64,000 nucleotides of DNA, taken from Eledone cirrhosa (Eukaryota). The position numbers and the translations under genes were made by a program. Of this stretch, positions 40,501-54,814 are shown in pieces (positions within the stretch are counted from its first letter, which is position 1; every line of letters starts with the position of its first letter). The DNA lies in assembly GCA_964016885.1 (NCBI GenBank), contig OZ024760.1, forward strand, positions 8,618,001-8,682,000, written 5' to 3'. The notes beneath the pieces were generated by a model that saw only the letters and a program-made list of their open reading frames with translations, had not been told where the DNA came from and did no database searches.

Positions 40501-42632
40501 GTGATGATGATGGTGTTGGTGGTGATGGTGGTGGTGGTGATGGTGATGGTGATGGTGTTGATGGTAGTGGTGGTGTTGATGGTAGTGGTGGTGGTGATGG
40601 TGTTGATGGTAGTGGCGGTGTTGATGGTGGTGTTGATGGTGATAGTGGTGGTGGTAGTGATGATGATGGTGTTGATGGTGATGGTGGTAGTGGTGTTGAT
40701 GGTAGTGGCGGTGTTGATGTTGATGGTGATGGTGTTGATGGTAGTGATGGTGTTGATGGTGATGTTGGTAGTGGTGTTGATGGTAGTGGTGGTGGTGATG
40801 GCGATGGTGTTGATGATAGTGGTGGTGTTGATGGTAGTGGTGGTGTTGGTGTTGATGGTGATGGTGTTGATGGTAGTGGCGGTGTTGATGGTGATAGTGG
40901 TGGTGGTAGTGATGCTATTGATGATGATGGTGTTGATGGTGATGGTGGTAGTGGTGTTGATGGTAGTGGTGGTGGTGATGGCGATGGTGTTGATGATAGT
41001 GGTGGTGTTGATGATGATGGTGGTAGTGGTGATGTTGATGATAGTGGTGGTGTTGATGGTGATGGTGTTGATGGTAGTGATGGTGTTGGTGATGGTTGTG
41101 ACGTTGATAATGGTAGTGTTGATGGCGATGATGCTGATGGTAGTAGTATTGATGGTGGTGTTGATGGCGTTGATGGTGGTCGTGTTGGTGGTATTGTTGA
41201 TGGTGGTGTATATGGTGATAGTGGTGGTGGTAGTGGTGGTGGTGGTGGTGGTGGTGGTGGGTTATATGCAGCAGCAGTATTGAATGTCGGCCATGTTGTA
41301 TCTTACTGAAGGCATTCTTTTTCAGAGTTAAGGTATGGAAATACTTTGTATTCAACAAATTATTCCAATAGCAGCAACAACAACAACAACAACAGAAGCA
41401 ACAATAACAACAGCAACAACAGAAGCAACAATAACAACAATAACAACAACAGCAGCAACAACAACAACAACAACAGCAGTAACAACAGCAGTAACAATAA
41501 CAACAGCAACAGTAGCAGCAATAACAACAATAACAGCAACAACAGCAGCGACAATAAGAACAATAGCAACAACAACAACGCCAATAACAACAACAACAGT
41601 AGCAACAACACCAGCAGTAATAACAACAACAACAACAGTAACAGCAATAACAACAATAACAGCAACAACAGCAGCGACAATAAGAACAACACCAACAACA
41701 CCAACAACAACACCATCACCACCACCACCAACAACAACAACAACAGCAACAACAACACCAACAATAACAACAACAACAGCAACAACAACACAACAGCAAC
41801 AATAACACAATAACACAATAACAGCAGCAGCGACAATAAGAACAATAGCAACAACACTACCACCAACAACAACAACAGTAGCAGCAATAACAACAATAAC
41901 AGCAACACCACCACCAACAACAACAACACCACCACCACCACCACCAACAACAACAATAACAGCAACAACAGCAGCAGCGACAATAAGAACAATAGCAACA
42001 ACAACACCACCAACAACAACAACACCACCACCACCAACAACAACACCACCACCAATAACAACAACAACAACAACACCACCACCAACAACACCACCACCAC
42101 CACCACCACCAACACCACCACCACCACCAACAACAACACCACCACCACCAACACCACCACTACCACCAACAACAACACCACCACCACCAACACCACCACT
42201 ACCACCAACAACAACACCACCACCAACAACAACACCACCACCACCACTACCACCAACAACGACACCACCACCAACAACAACACCACCACCACCACCACTA
42301 CCACCAACAACAACACCACCACCAATAACAACAACAACACCACCACCAACACCACCACCACTATCAACAACAACAACACCACCACCACCACCACCAACAC
42401 CACCAACAACAACACCACCACCAACAACACCACCACCACCACCACCACCACCACTACCACCAACAACAACACCACCACCAACAACAACACCACCACCACC
42501 AATAACAACAACAACAACAACAACAACACCAACAACACCAACAACACCAACAACACCAACAACACCAACAACACCAACACCACCAACACCACTACCACCA
42601 CCACCACCAACAACAACAAGAACAACAATAAC
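40501..42632. repeat. (GGT/GAT)n array (40501-41260) and (CAA/CAC)n array (41370-42632)
   Basis: Direct inspection. Confidence 0.95.
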
Positions 42633-42947
42633 ATATCATTACTATTATTTGTATGGCTAGCTATTACAATGTCATTATTTCACTGCCATAGAATATTGTC
42701 TATTATTCCATATCTCACTATGCAGATGGTATGACACTAGCTGACCTATATTTTACTATGTTTCTCTTCCTTTTTTTATTAACTTTAATAAAAGAGAATA
42801 AAATGAAAATTGAGGTAATTTAGGGGCTAAATTCCTCTCATACAACTCCCTTATCTGACTGTCAGCAGATAATGTGGGTGGCAAAGAGGACTTCAATTCT
42901 TATGTATCGAAGAAAGAACCGTGTGGGTGTAAATATTTATCGTAGAT

Positions 42948-43174
42948 GACGGTGGATTGGTAGTATCGGTAGAGGGTCGGACGAAGCCATGCTTAGCAGC
43001 CTAGAGTTACGTCCCTTTACCATCTGAGTTCAAATCCCGCCGAGGCTAGCTTTGCCTTTCATTTTTACGATAAAATAAAGCACCAGTAATGCACTGGGGT
43101 CGATTTAATCGACTACCCCCCCCCCCAAAAAAAAAGAAAAGAATTGTTGGTCTTGTGCCTAAAGTAGAAACAAC

Positions 43175-43222
<48 letters not shown>

Positions 43223-43470
43223 CATTACACTGGGTAATTGCTGGCCTTGTGCCTAACGTAGAAACCATTATTATCATTATTAGGGCGGTGGATTGGCAGT
43301 ATCAGTAGAGGGTCAGACGCCATGCCTTGCAGCATAGAGTTACGTCCCTTTATGGTCTGAGTTCAAATCCCGCCGAGGTTGACTTTGCCTTTCATCCTTA
43401 CGGGGTCAGTAAAATAAAGTACCAGTAATGCACTGGGGTAATTGCTGGCCTTGTGCCAAAAGTAGAAACA

Positions 43471-43506
<36 letters not shown>

Positions 43507-43727
43507 GGGCAGTGGATTAGCAGAATAGGTAGAACGTCGGACAATATGCTTTATGGCATAGAGTTACACCCCTTTACGATCTGAGTTCATACCCGCCGAG
43601 GTTAACTTTGCTTTTCATCCTTACGAAGTCGATAAAATAAAGTACCAGTCACACACTGAGGTCAATTTAATCGACCCCCCCCCCCCTCTACCAAAATTGC
43701 TGGCCTTGTGCCTAAATCAGAAACCAT
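42948..43727 (+). mobile_element. head-to-tail SINE cluster (42948-43173, tail 43227-43268, 43282-43471, 43507-43727)
   Basis: Three full copies plus one tail, separated by (ATT)n. Confidence 0.92.
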
Positions 43728-43827
43728 TATTGGAGGTGACGGTAATTAGGTACTTTCTAGTATCGCAGGCCACGAGTTGCACTTCACTCTGTGGTAACTT
43801 GGCCATCTTCTACTGTAGCATTCTATA

Positions 43828-44793
43828 CAGAGGTGTATCTAAGGTATGGCAAGCATGTCACGTGCCATGGGTGCCACTTGAAAGGGGGACCCACCTGGAC
43901 TAGGAGCACTTTCTATTAAAGACAGATAAGCTATCGTCTGAGAGTGAAAAAAGAAACTTCTACAGATGTATGATCTGTCTTTTATTATCATGGCTGAGAA
44001 ACACTATGGTGGTTGGATCATTAAACCATTTATATAGATTATTAGGCCCATGGGTAAAAATACAGTGCTGGGAACTACATGATCACATAGGCATACCTCA
44101 TAGTATGACTTGTCAAATATTTTAATAGGGTTTTAATATTTGTCAAAGATCAGTATTAGTCAGATCTCTCCCTTTAATATTTGTCAAAGATCAGTATTAG
44201 TCAGATCTCTCCCTTTAATATTTGTCACAGATCAGTATTACACAGATCACTCCCTTTAATATTTGTCACAGATCAGTATTACACAGATCACTCCCTTTAA
44301 TATTTGTCAAAGATCAGTATTAGTCAGATCTCTCCCTTTAATATTTGTCACAGATCAGTATTACACAGATCACTCCCTTTAATATTTGTCACAGATCAGT
44401 ATTACACAGATCACTCCCTTTAATATTTGTCACAGATCAGTATTACACAGATCACTCCCTTTAATATTTGTCACAGATCAGTATTACACAGATCACTCCC
44501 TTTAATATTTGTCACAAATCAGTATTACACAGATCACCCCTTTAATATTTGTCACATATCAGTATTACACAGATCACTCCCTTTAAATACTCTAACACTA
44601 TTGCCAATACTTTACGTATACTTAAGTATAAAGGATACCTGTAGAACAAATAAAAATACAGTTTAATACCCTAAACCCTCATTTATTTAAACCGCGCTGT
44701 CAATCTCATTGTCTAACAACTACTATATAGCTTGCTGCAGGGGCACAATTTCAATGTTTGCCATAGGTGCTATTTTCTCTTGTTATACCTCTG
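43828..44793. mobile_element. putative non-autonomous DNA transposon hosting a minisatellite
   Basis: Imperfect TIRs cagaggtgtatcta / ttgttatacctctg with subterminal tgccat(g/a)ggtgc at both ends; no TSD found. Confidence 0.45.
44132..44587. repeat. 41-bp minisatellite (~11 copies)
   Basis: Unit tttaatatttgtcacagatcagtattacacagatcactccc. Confidence 0.95.
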
Positions 44794-45014
44794 CTAGGGT
44801 GGATCAACCATACCTGCTCCAGAAGTGATGTGCAGGGCTGAATTTAAGGAATTAATGGGGGTCAAAGGGGGAAATTGGAGCGCAATTTCAATGTTTTCTC
44901 TTGCTGCATCTCTGGTTCTAAAGACTAATGTGGAAACTCCACCATGCCAAAATATGTTGCCGTGGGGTGGACACAACATTGACACAGTGTTAAGAAGTTT
45001 GCTTCTCAATAAGT

Positions 45015-45466
45015 GGTTGTCTGTGTGTATGGCAATGGTTGTGTGTGTGTGTGTGGTAATGGTTGTGTGTGTGTATGGCAATGGTTGTGTGTGTGTATGG
45101 CAATGGTTGTGTGTGTGTGTATGGCAATGGTTGTGTGTGTGTGTATGGCAATGGTTGTGTGTATGTATGGCAATGGTTGTGTGTGTGTGGCAATGGTTGT
45201 GTGTGTGTGGCATATGGCAATGGTTGTGTGTGTGTGTGGCAATGGTTGTCTGTGTGTGTGTGGCAATGGTTGTGTGTATGTGTGGCAATGTTTGTGTGTG
45301 TGTGGCAATGGTTGTGTGTATGGCAATGTTTGTGTGTGTGTGTGTGGCAATGGTTGTGTGTATGGCAATGTTTGTGTGTGTGTGTGGCAATGGTTTTGTG
45401 TGTGTGTGTGTGGCAATGGTTGTGTGTGGCAATGGTTGTGTGTGTGTATGGCAATGGTTGTGTGTT
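45015..45466. repeat. tggcaatggtt(gt)n minisatellite
   Basis: Direct inspection. Confidence 0.93.
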
Positions 45467-47243
45467 TGGATAAACCACACTAAAAGCCTGACATTGAGTT
45501 CTTATAAGTTCATAACATTCCACCTTGAAGGAACAAGAAATCGTTACCACATATATACATATATACATACATATAAACACACATATAAACACACACATAT
45601 ATACATATAAACACACATATAAACACACATATAAACACACATATAAACACACACATATACATACATATAAACACACACATATACATACATATAAACACAC
45701 ACATATACATACATATATACATACATATAAACATACATATAAACACACACATATACATACATATATACATATAAACATACATATAAACACACATATACAT
45801 ACATATATACATACATATAAACATACATATAAACATACATATAAACATATACATACATATATACATACATATAAACACACACATATACATACACATATAC
45901 ATACATATAAACACACATATAAACATACATATATACATACATATAAACACACATATATACATACACATAAACACACATATATACATACACATATACACAC
46001 ATATATACATGCATATAAACATACATTACTGATACATACGTACATGATACACATATAGGCAGACATATATACATAGATACATACATATATACATACATAC
46101 ACACACATATACATACATATATATACACACATACATATATATACACGCATACACATAAACACACATACACACATACATACATAGACACACATATACATAT
46201 ATACATACACACATATACATATATATAAACACATACACACACACACACATACACATAAACACACATACACACATACATATATACATACATAGACACACAT
46301 ATACATATATACATACATAGACACACATATACATATACATACACACATACATACACACACATATACATACACACACATACACACATACATATATACATAC
46401 ATACACACACATATACATACAAACACAGACATAATTTACATACCATGTGACAGAAATATTTCATGTTTAATTACATCAACAAAAGATTTCAAATTATTTC
46501 ATAATTTATCAATTTTTCACATGACGTACTGTTGTCTCTAACGAAATACTTGTTCTACACACACACATACATATATATATATACACACATACATATACAC
46601 ATGCACACATACATATATACATATACACATGCATACACACATACACACACACATATATATACACACGTATTTCTACACATACACATACGTATATATACAC
46701 ACATATTTCTACACATACACATACATATATATATATACACACATACATATACACACATATATACACACATATATACACACATGCACACATACATATATAC
46801 ATATACACATGCATACACACATACACACACATACATACACACATATATATACACACGTATTTCTACACATACACATACGTATATATACACACATATTTGT
46901 ACACATACACACACACATACATACACACATATATATACACACGTATTTCTACACATACACATACGTATATATACACACATATTTCTACACATACACATAC
47001 ATATATATATATATATATACACATACATATATATGCACACATAAATATGCACACACACACACACACACACACACTCTCTCTCTCTCTCTCTTTCTCACCC
47101 ACGCACACACAAACACATACATATATATATACATACACATATATCTACACACACACACACACACATAAACATACACACACAAACACATACATATATATAT
47201 ATATACACACATATATCTACACACACACAAACACACAAACACA

Positions 47244-47299
<56 letters not shown>

Positions 47300-47354
47300 T
47301 ACACACATATACACACACACACACACAAACACATACATATATATATACACACAC

Positions 47355-47395
<41 letters not shown>

Positions 47396-47617
47396 TATAC
47401 ACACACACACACACACATGTGTTCAGCAATTTTTTTCCGGAGAAGGCTTGCTGAAAACATAAGCCGAAACCGTTTAACACCACGGTCGGGATTTTACAGA
47501 TCTCTGTACCTACTCTGCATCTCCCCATGTATTGAGTACTTCCATTCATGAGTAGTGGTCTCCGCAGTCTTAGCGCCGCAGATTCCCCCCCCCCCCCTCT
47601 CTCTCTTTATATATATG

Positions 47618-47776
47618 AAAAGATTCAGCACCCCCGACGCATCTAGCTGTCGAAACGGCTGGAGCTCAACCGTTGGGGTCCTGACTCTTTTCATACTACC
47701 CACTCTACTACCCCAAGTATTGAGTACTCTGGTGAGTGATGGTTCACCTGGTATCTTAACACACCTTCTTTGTTTT
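47618..47776 (+). mobile_element. short PLE-like family copy with inverted 5' segment
   Basis: gtcgaaacggctggagctc..ggggtcc..cactctactaccccaagtattgagtact; 5' aaaagattcagcacccccgacg is an imperfect inverse of the downstream sequence. Confidence 0.55.
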
Positions 47777-47812
47777 ATATATATATATATATAGAGAGAC
47801 AGAGAGAGATAA

Positions 47813-47845
<33 letters not shown>

Positions 47846-47846
<1 letters not shown>

Positions 47847-48305
47847 TTCTTTATTAGCCACAGGGGCACAAAAGAAGGGGACAAATACAAAGATAGATAG
47901 ATAGATAGATAGATATGTTTCTTTATTAGCCACAGGGGCACAAAAGAAGGGGACAAATACAAAGGGGGAAGTTTACATACAATAAAAACGTGTAAAATAT
48001 TATCACAAATGCAATTTAAAAATTAATCGAATTTCCCCCAATAGGGGGAGACAGTTCATATGGGTAACACATACCCCCGAAAAAATGTGAAACCCTCATC
48101 TCCAGGAGTACGAAGAGTTTGTACTCCTTTCCTCTCCTCCTCCTTTTCCTCAACCTACAGGCTGATATAGAGAGAAGACCCATTCACTTGGGCCATTCTC
48201 GCCCCTTTCACCCACCTTTCATAAAACTTGCTGGGGTACAGCACCTCTCTCTCCATCCTGATTCTTCTTCCAAAGTGGTATTTGAAAAAAAGGATAGATA
48301 GATAC

Positions 48306-48342
<37 letters not shown>

Positions 48343-48390
48343 CATCTTTATTAGCCACAGGGGCACAAAAGAAGGGGACAAATACAAAGA
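47846..48390 (-). mobile_element. three Tx1-like 3' fragments in (GATA)n (47846-47893, 47918-48292, 48345-48390)
   Basis: FFKYHFGRRIRMEREVLYPSKFYERWVKGARMAQVNGSSLYISL* matches the ORF2 end; every piece is bounded by (GATA)n. Confidence 0.92.
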
Positions 48391-48902
48391 TAGATAGATA
48401 GATAGATAGAGTTAGTTCCACAACAAATTAGCAAACCATCTTCAAGGACGCACGTTTCACCCAACGGATTTTCAACTCGACTGAGGTTGTGCTGAGAACA
48501 GATCTATTCCGAACTCGTCCTCTGGATTGTGTGCTCTATTTACTGCGGATATATCTTCAGGATTTTGTATCATTACATCTTCTAATTAATATCCCCCTTA
48601 ATTTTGTTATATATATATTTTTTTAGTACGAGGAAGTTGAAATCTTTATCGGCTGAAATCGGTCCTACCTTTTAAAAAATGTCTTTCTGTTTTTCCATGA
48701 TAAAATTCTATTAGCATTTTCTACTGTTTCTTGATGTCAACATGAATGGACCTGCTATTTTTATCTAAAGACATTTTTTCCAATTCCATCCCGCCCGTCC
48801 CCTCAATATATTTTATTTTTCATTCCTTTTTACTATCCAGGAGAAACTTGAACCGTTAAGATCTCCTTCCTGGATATGTCAATATTTATAAAACAAACTT
48901 TG

Positions 48903-48963
48903 TATTTTATCTGATGAGAGCGTACCAAAGTTTTGGTACCCTTGAAATATATATAATAGAATA
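48903..48963 (+). ncRNA. minimal type I hammerhead ribozyme in a PLE-type pLTR fragment (~48830-49005)
   Basis: tattttat-CTGATGA-gagcgtacca..tggtaccctt-GAAA-tatata-TA-atagaata. Confidence 0.78.
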
Positions 48964-49005
48964 AATATGGTTTTATAAATATAGTTTCCATTTATTTAAT
49001 ATCAT

Positions 49006-49048
<43 letters not shown>

Positions 49049-49217
49049 ATCAAAAGATGGTTAAAAGAGTTCCATGTATTTTATTATGCGCATTTCAAAA
49101 ACAAATATCATCATGCAATAACATTTGCGTTTTCGTCAGATAAAATAGGGAGACATGATATGAAGGTTAAAACACACTTGTGAATAGTGCAGTTTTAAAT
49201 CAACATCTAGATGTGTG

Positions 49218-49276
<59 letters not shown>

Positions 49277-49325
49277 CATATAAATCTTAAAAGATATATG
49301 GAAAAAGAAAAAGTTATATATCGTA

Positions 49326-50070
49326 TTGTTGGTGGTGGTGGTGTTGTTGTTGGTGGTGTTATTGTTGGTGTTGGTGTTGTTGTTGTTGGTGGAGGTGGTG
49401 GTGGTGGTGGTGTTGTTGTTGGTGGTGTTAGTGTTGTTGCTGTTATTGTTGGTGTTGTTGGTGGTGGTGTTGTTGGCGTTGGTGTTTTTGTTGCTGTTGT
49501 TGGAGGTGGTGGTGTTGGTGTTTTTGTTGCTGTTGTTGGTGTTGTTGTTGGCGATTATGTTGTTGTTGGTGGTGCTGTGTTGTTGTTGGTGGTGTTATTG
49601 TTGGTGTTGTTGGTGTTGTTGTTGGTGGTGGTGTTGGTGTTGTTGTTGCTGCTGTTGTTATTGTTGTTGGTGGTGGTGGTGTTGGTGGTGTTGTTGTTGT
49701 TGGTGGTGTTATTGTTGGTGTTGTTGGTGTTGTTGTTGGTGGTGTTGTTGTTGGTGGTGGTGTTGGTGTTGTTGTTGCTGCTGTTGTTGGTGTTGTTGTT
49801 GGTGGTGTTGTTGGGTGGTGGTGGTGTTGTTGTTGTTGTTGTTGGTGGTGTTAGTGTTGTTGGTGCTGTTATTGTTGGTGTTGTTGGTGGTGGTGTTGGT
49901 GTTGTTGTTGGTGTTGTTGTTGGCGATTATGTCGTTGTTGGTGGTGCTGTGTTGTTCTTGTTGTTGCTGCTGTTGTTATTGTTGTTGCTGTTGGTGGTGT
50001 TGTTGTTGGCGATTATGTCGTTGTTGGTGGTGCTGTGTTGTTCTTGTTGTTGTTGCTGTTGGTGGTGGTG
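49326..50070. repeat. (GTT/GGT)n array
   Basis: Direct inspection. Confidence 0.95.
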
Positions 50071-50122
50071 TCGGGGGTGAAAATGAGGAGCATAAAATGT
50101 TTTAACCTCTGACCTCGCTCAC

Positions 50123-50191
50123 CAATTTGTGTCTAAGCTGAGTAAACAAGAGCGGCATTTGAAAATACGGTAGGGGAAGATACCTCTTTTA
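50123..50191 (-). CDS. candidate 69-nt exon
   Basis: gttgttttAG ... GTgagc; open as KRGIFPYRIFKCRSCLLSLDTN, phase 2-2. Confidence 0.3.
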
Positions 50192-50574
50192 CTAAAACAA
50201 CTCATTTGTAGGTGGTGGTGGTGATGGTGTGGCGGTGGTGGTGGTGGCGACGATGGTGTTGGTGATGGTGTGGCGGTGGTGGTGGTGGGGCTGTGGTGGT
50301 GGTGGTGGCGACGGTGGTGTTGGTGATGGTGGTTCCACTTTACCAAAACAACTCATTTGATCCCCGATAATTTGATAAAATAAAAATAAGCAGCGATAGA
50401 ATGATTTGTTAAAAACTATTTATGGTAAACATATCTGTGGTAATTGTTTGTTGATAGTGGCCAGGTCTTAAGGTACAATACACAGGTTGAGGTCGTAAAT
50501 CATCTTTAAACGTTCCTCAGTTGATGAGAGAGGATTCCACCGAAATAGTCAGACATTGACTGTCAACTAAATAT

Positions 50575-52329
50575 GGGATGTACAATCAATTGGTCAGTAA
50601 TTGACCAACATCTAGATGTGTGGTGTACAACCATTGGTCAGTATTTGACCACCATCTAGATGTGTGGTGTACAGCTATTGGTCAGAGATTGATCATCTAG
50701 ATGTGTGGTGTACAACCATTGGTCAGAAATTGACCACCATCTAGATGTATGGTGTACAACCATTGGTCAGTAATTGACCACCATCTAGATGTCTGGTTTA
50801 CAACCATTGGTCAGAAATTGACCACCATCTTGATGTGTGGTGTACAACCATTGGTCAGAAATTGACCACCATCTTGATGTGTGGTGTACAACCATTGGTC
50901 AGAAATTGACCACCAACTTGATGTGTGGTGTACAACCATTGGTCAGAAATTCACCACAATCTAGATATAGGATGTACAATCAATTGGTCAGAAATTCACC
51001 ACAATCTAGATGTGTGGTGTACAACCATTGGTCAGTAATTGACCACCATCTAGATGTGTGGTATACAGCTATTGGTCAGAAATTGACCATCTTGATGTGT
51101 GGTGTACAACCATTGGTCAGTAATTGACCACCATCTTGATGTGTGGTGTACAACCATTGGTCAGAAATTGACCATCTAGATGTGTGGTGTACAGCTATTG
51201 GTCAGTAATTGACCATCTAGATGTGTGGTGTACAACAATTGGTCAGTAATTGACCACCATCTAGATGTGTGGTGTACAGCTATTGGTCAGAGATTGACCA
51301 CCATCTAGATGTGTGGTGTACAACCATTGGTCAGAGATTGACCACCATCTAGATGTGTGGTGTACAACCATTGGTCAGAGATTGACCACCATCTAGATGT
51401 GTGGTGTACAACCATTGGTCAGAGATTGACCACCATCTAGATGTGTGGTGTACAACCATTGGTCAGAGATTGACCACCATCTAGATGTGTGGTGTACAAC
51501 CATTGGTCAGAGATTGACCACAATCTAGATGTGTGGTGTACAACCATTGGTCAGAGATTGACCACAATCTAGATGCGTGGTGTACAACCATTGGTCAGAG
51601 ATTGACCACCATCTAGATGTGTGGTGTACAACCATTGGTCAGAGATTGACCACCATCTAGATGTGTGGTGTACAACCATTGGTCAGAGATTGACCACAAT
51701 CTAGATGTGTGGTGTACAGCTATTGGTCAGAGATTGACCATCTAGATGTGTGGTGTACAATCAATTGGTCAGAAATTGACCACCATCTAGATGTATGGTG
51801 TACAACCATTGGTCAGTATTTGACCACCATCTAGATGTATGGTGTACAACCATTGGTCAGAAATTGACCATCTAGATGTGTGGTGTACAACCATTGGTCA
51901 GAAATTGACCATCTAGATGCGTGGTGTACAACCATTGGTCAGAAATTGACCATCTAGATGCGTGGTGTACAACCATTGGTCAGAAATTGACCACCATCTT
52001 GATGTGTGGTGTACAACCATTGGTCAGTATTTGACCACCATCTAGATGTATGGTGTACAACCATTGGTCAGAGATTGACCACCATCTAGATGTGTGGTTT
52101 ACAACCATTGGTCAGAAATTGACCACCATCTTGATGTGTGGTGTACAACCATTGGTCAGAAATTCACCACAATCTAGATATAGGATGTACAATCAATTGG
52201 TCAGAAATTCACCACAATCTAGATGTGTGGTGTACAACCATTGGTCAGAAATTGACCATCTAGATGCGTGGTGTACAACCATTGGTCAGAAATTGACCAT
52301 TTAGGTGGTCAGTAATTGATCATCTAGAT
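50575..52329. repeat. 44/41-bp palindrome-rich minisatellite (~40 copies)
   Basis: Unit tctagatgtgtggtgtacaaccattggtcagagattgaccacca. Confidence 0.97.
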
Positions 52330-52469
52330 CAGTGGTTCCCGGACGGTGCGGCGAAAGAGGAGAGCAGATGAAGAGGTATAAATGAAAGACAATCAAACAT
52401 TTAGAAACAGTTTCAAAATATTCATATGCGAAAGATAAATATGGTTTCAAAATTTAAAATATAGATTCT

Positions 52470-54610
52470 TATGTTGCTGTGCTTAATGATGTCAGTAATG
52501 TCATTAATGAAGATGATGAAGAGAAGTGGACCCAACACAGTGCCTTGCAGGACGCCACTACTGACTTTGGCTGGGCTTCATTTAACTCCTTCGACTACAA
52601 CATGTTGGGCTCTGTTTGACAGGAAACACTTGATCCACTGCAGCAACTTTCCAGTGACACCAATGTTAAAAAAAATAGTTTTCTTAGTAGAATGTTTTGA
52701 TCAACCCTGTCAAAGGCCCTTCTGAAATCAAGGTAGATGACACCAGTGTTGGATCCCTCTCCCAAAGCTCTCAAAATGTCATCAAAGTGATATAGTGGCT
52801 GCGTTAGGCAATCCCTTCCATTACGGAATCCATGTTGGTTGGAGTTCAGTAGATTGTTGCTTTCAAGAAAGTGAGTAATTCGTGATCTCACCACCCTCTC
52901 AAATACTCTAATAATATGAGAGGTGAGTGAGATTGGACGGTAATTCACGACAAGGGACTTGTTTCCCTTTTTGAAAACTGGGACAACAGACTGGGATAGT
53001 AGGTTTTATGGTATATATTCAGCTTCCAGTGAGTTCCTCCACAGATTAGCAAGAGGAGATGCAAGTTGGTGTCGACACACTGTCAGGACACAAGCAGGGA
53101 ACCTATCGGGGCCTACTGCTGAATTGTGTTTAGTTTCGTTTATTACGGCTAAGGCATCAGGGCCGCTAAACGTTATGTCCGATATAGTGTGTTGGGGATT
53201 AACATCACTGATACAGCCCAGATCGGCCATATCAAGATTGCTGAAAACAGAGCAGTATTGTTTCTGCAGTATCTCACCCATGGTTTTAGCATTATCTTGG
53301 AGAGTGCCATGTTCATCAACTAGAGCGCCAATAGGGGAGCCAGTAACTTTATGCTTTTCGCAAATGAAAAGAACACTTTGGGATTGAGTTTGATTTTCTC
53401 AATGGCCCAGGCCTTTTCTGCTGCTCTTTGGTTGTTGATGATGGACATCATGGTGTTTTGGAGGTTGTGTCTTTTCTAGTGATGTAATGGCAGTCAAATG
53501 GGTGTGTTGTTGCTGGCAGTATTTAAGTTTGTTGATTTGTTTTGTTAATTCTTTTAATTTTTCTGATAAGTGTTCTTCTATTTATAGGGATCCTGCATTT
53601 ATATTTGTTTACAGATCTTAATGGGGTTTGTTTTGCACATATATTTGTGTCTACAAATGTCTGCCAGGATTTTTTTTTATGTTAGTGGGTGTGTATGTGT
53701 GTGGGTGAAAGACCAATCAACATGTGCAAGATCATGATTGATCGCTTCCCAGTTTACAAATGGATGGGATGGAGAGATGTCATTGGGTTTTGTTTTTGGA
53801 CGGTGGATCTCAGATCACAGAGAACCATGTCGTGGTCTGAGAGTAGAGTTTTTTCCACTGCAATATTGTGGATAGTGTCAGTGTGGTTACGGAACATTGG
53901 GTAAAAGATGTTTTTGTAGCACCTTGTTGGTTCGGGTACAAGTTGAGACAGGAAAAACTCATCCATGAAGTCAGGAAGCGATTCTATTGCCTCCTTGTCA
54001 GAGGTTGAGGTGGAAAAACCTGGTATCAAGTTGTTTGTGGACCAGTCAACACCAGGGAGGTTGAAGTCCTCCATCATTAAGATGTTGCCAGAGTGACACT
54101 GTTGAATGAAACACTTTATGCTGTTGAGGCATTCCTTGAAGCATGGTAGAGGCGCTTCGGGTGGCCTATAGAGCCCCACAACTATTAAGTTGTTGGTTTT
54201 ACTGTACACAGAGACTACTTCACAGTATCCATTGGCAAATAAGTTCTTAGCCTTTGTCGAAAAAGAATTATGTACAAAAATGGCAGTCCCACCCTTTCTT
54301 CTGCCAGCGCGATCTGCACGGACAGCTTTGAAATTTTTCACTTTCACCTCGGCTTCCAAGTGGAGGTTAGGATGGTCAGCAAGCCAATCCTCAAGAAATT
54401 TGATCTTCCATTTTTGAGTGTTGGTGGAAGGGCTGATGCCTTGAGCATTAAGCAAAAATGTTGAGGTTAAAATGGTGGCTGATTTTGATTGTTTTGGGGG
54501 TTTGTTTGTTAATGGCAGCAATGGGAGTTTGTGCAGCAGGGTGGTAGTCGAGGGTGGTGTTGGCTGATGGCCAGAATCTTTTTTGTAGTTCTTTTGCCAC
54601 ATTCATTATG
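52470..54610 (-). mobile_element. CR1/L2-group LINE ORF2 remnant (APE + RT), degenerate
   Basis: LNAQGI, RADRAGRRKGGTAIFV, LYRPP, DFNLP, SDH; GPD, NYRPISLTS, QHGFR, YLDFRRAFDRV, QGTVLGPLLF; multiple frameshifts. Confidence 0.92.
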
Positions 54611-54762
54611 GCTAAAAAAAAGAGGTTTCTTGTTTAGGGAACTGTAAGTGACTGTAATTGTGGGGTTTGAATTGGTTAGGGTTTTTTATTTTATTTTTAT
54701 TTTGCATGTATATATGCATGTATGTATATATGTATATATATATGTATATATATATGTATATA

Positions 54763-54814
<52 letters not shown>

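Noticed and set aside
40482-42634. Gly/Asp-rich and Thr/Asn-rich ORFs (adhesive or mucin-like)
   Set aside because: Degenerate trinucleotide arrays open in several frames with no unique domain; partial exon status near 41308-41370 cannot be excluded
47445-48480. Additional hammerheads near 47445-47480 and 48450-48478 (also ~39826 and ~49135)
   Set aside because: Core nucleotides are mutated or stems incomplete; at most decayed relics
50123-50191. Polinton DNA polymerase B KGxFPY motif
   Set aside because: Only a short resemblance with no surrounding polymerase sequence
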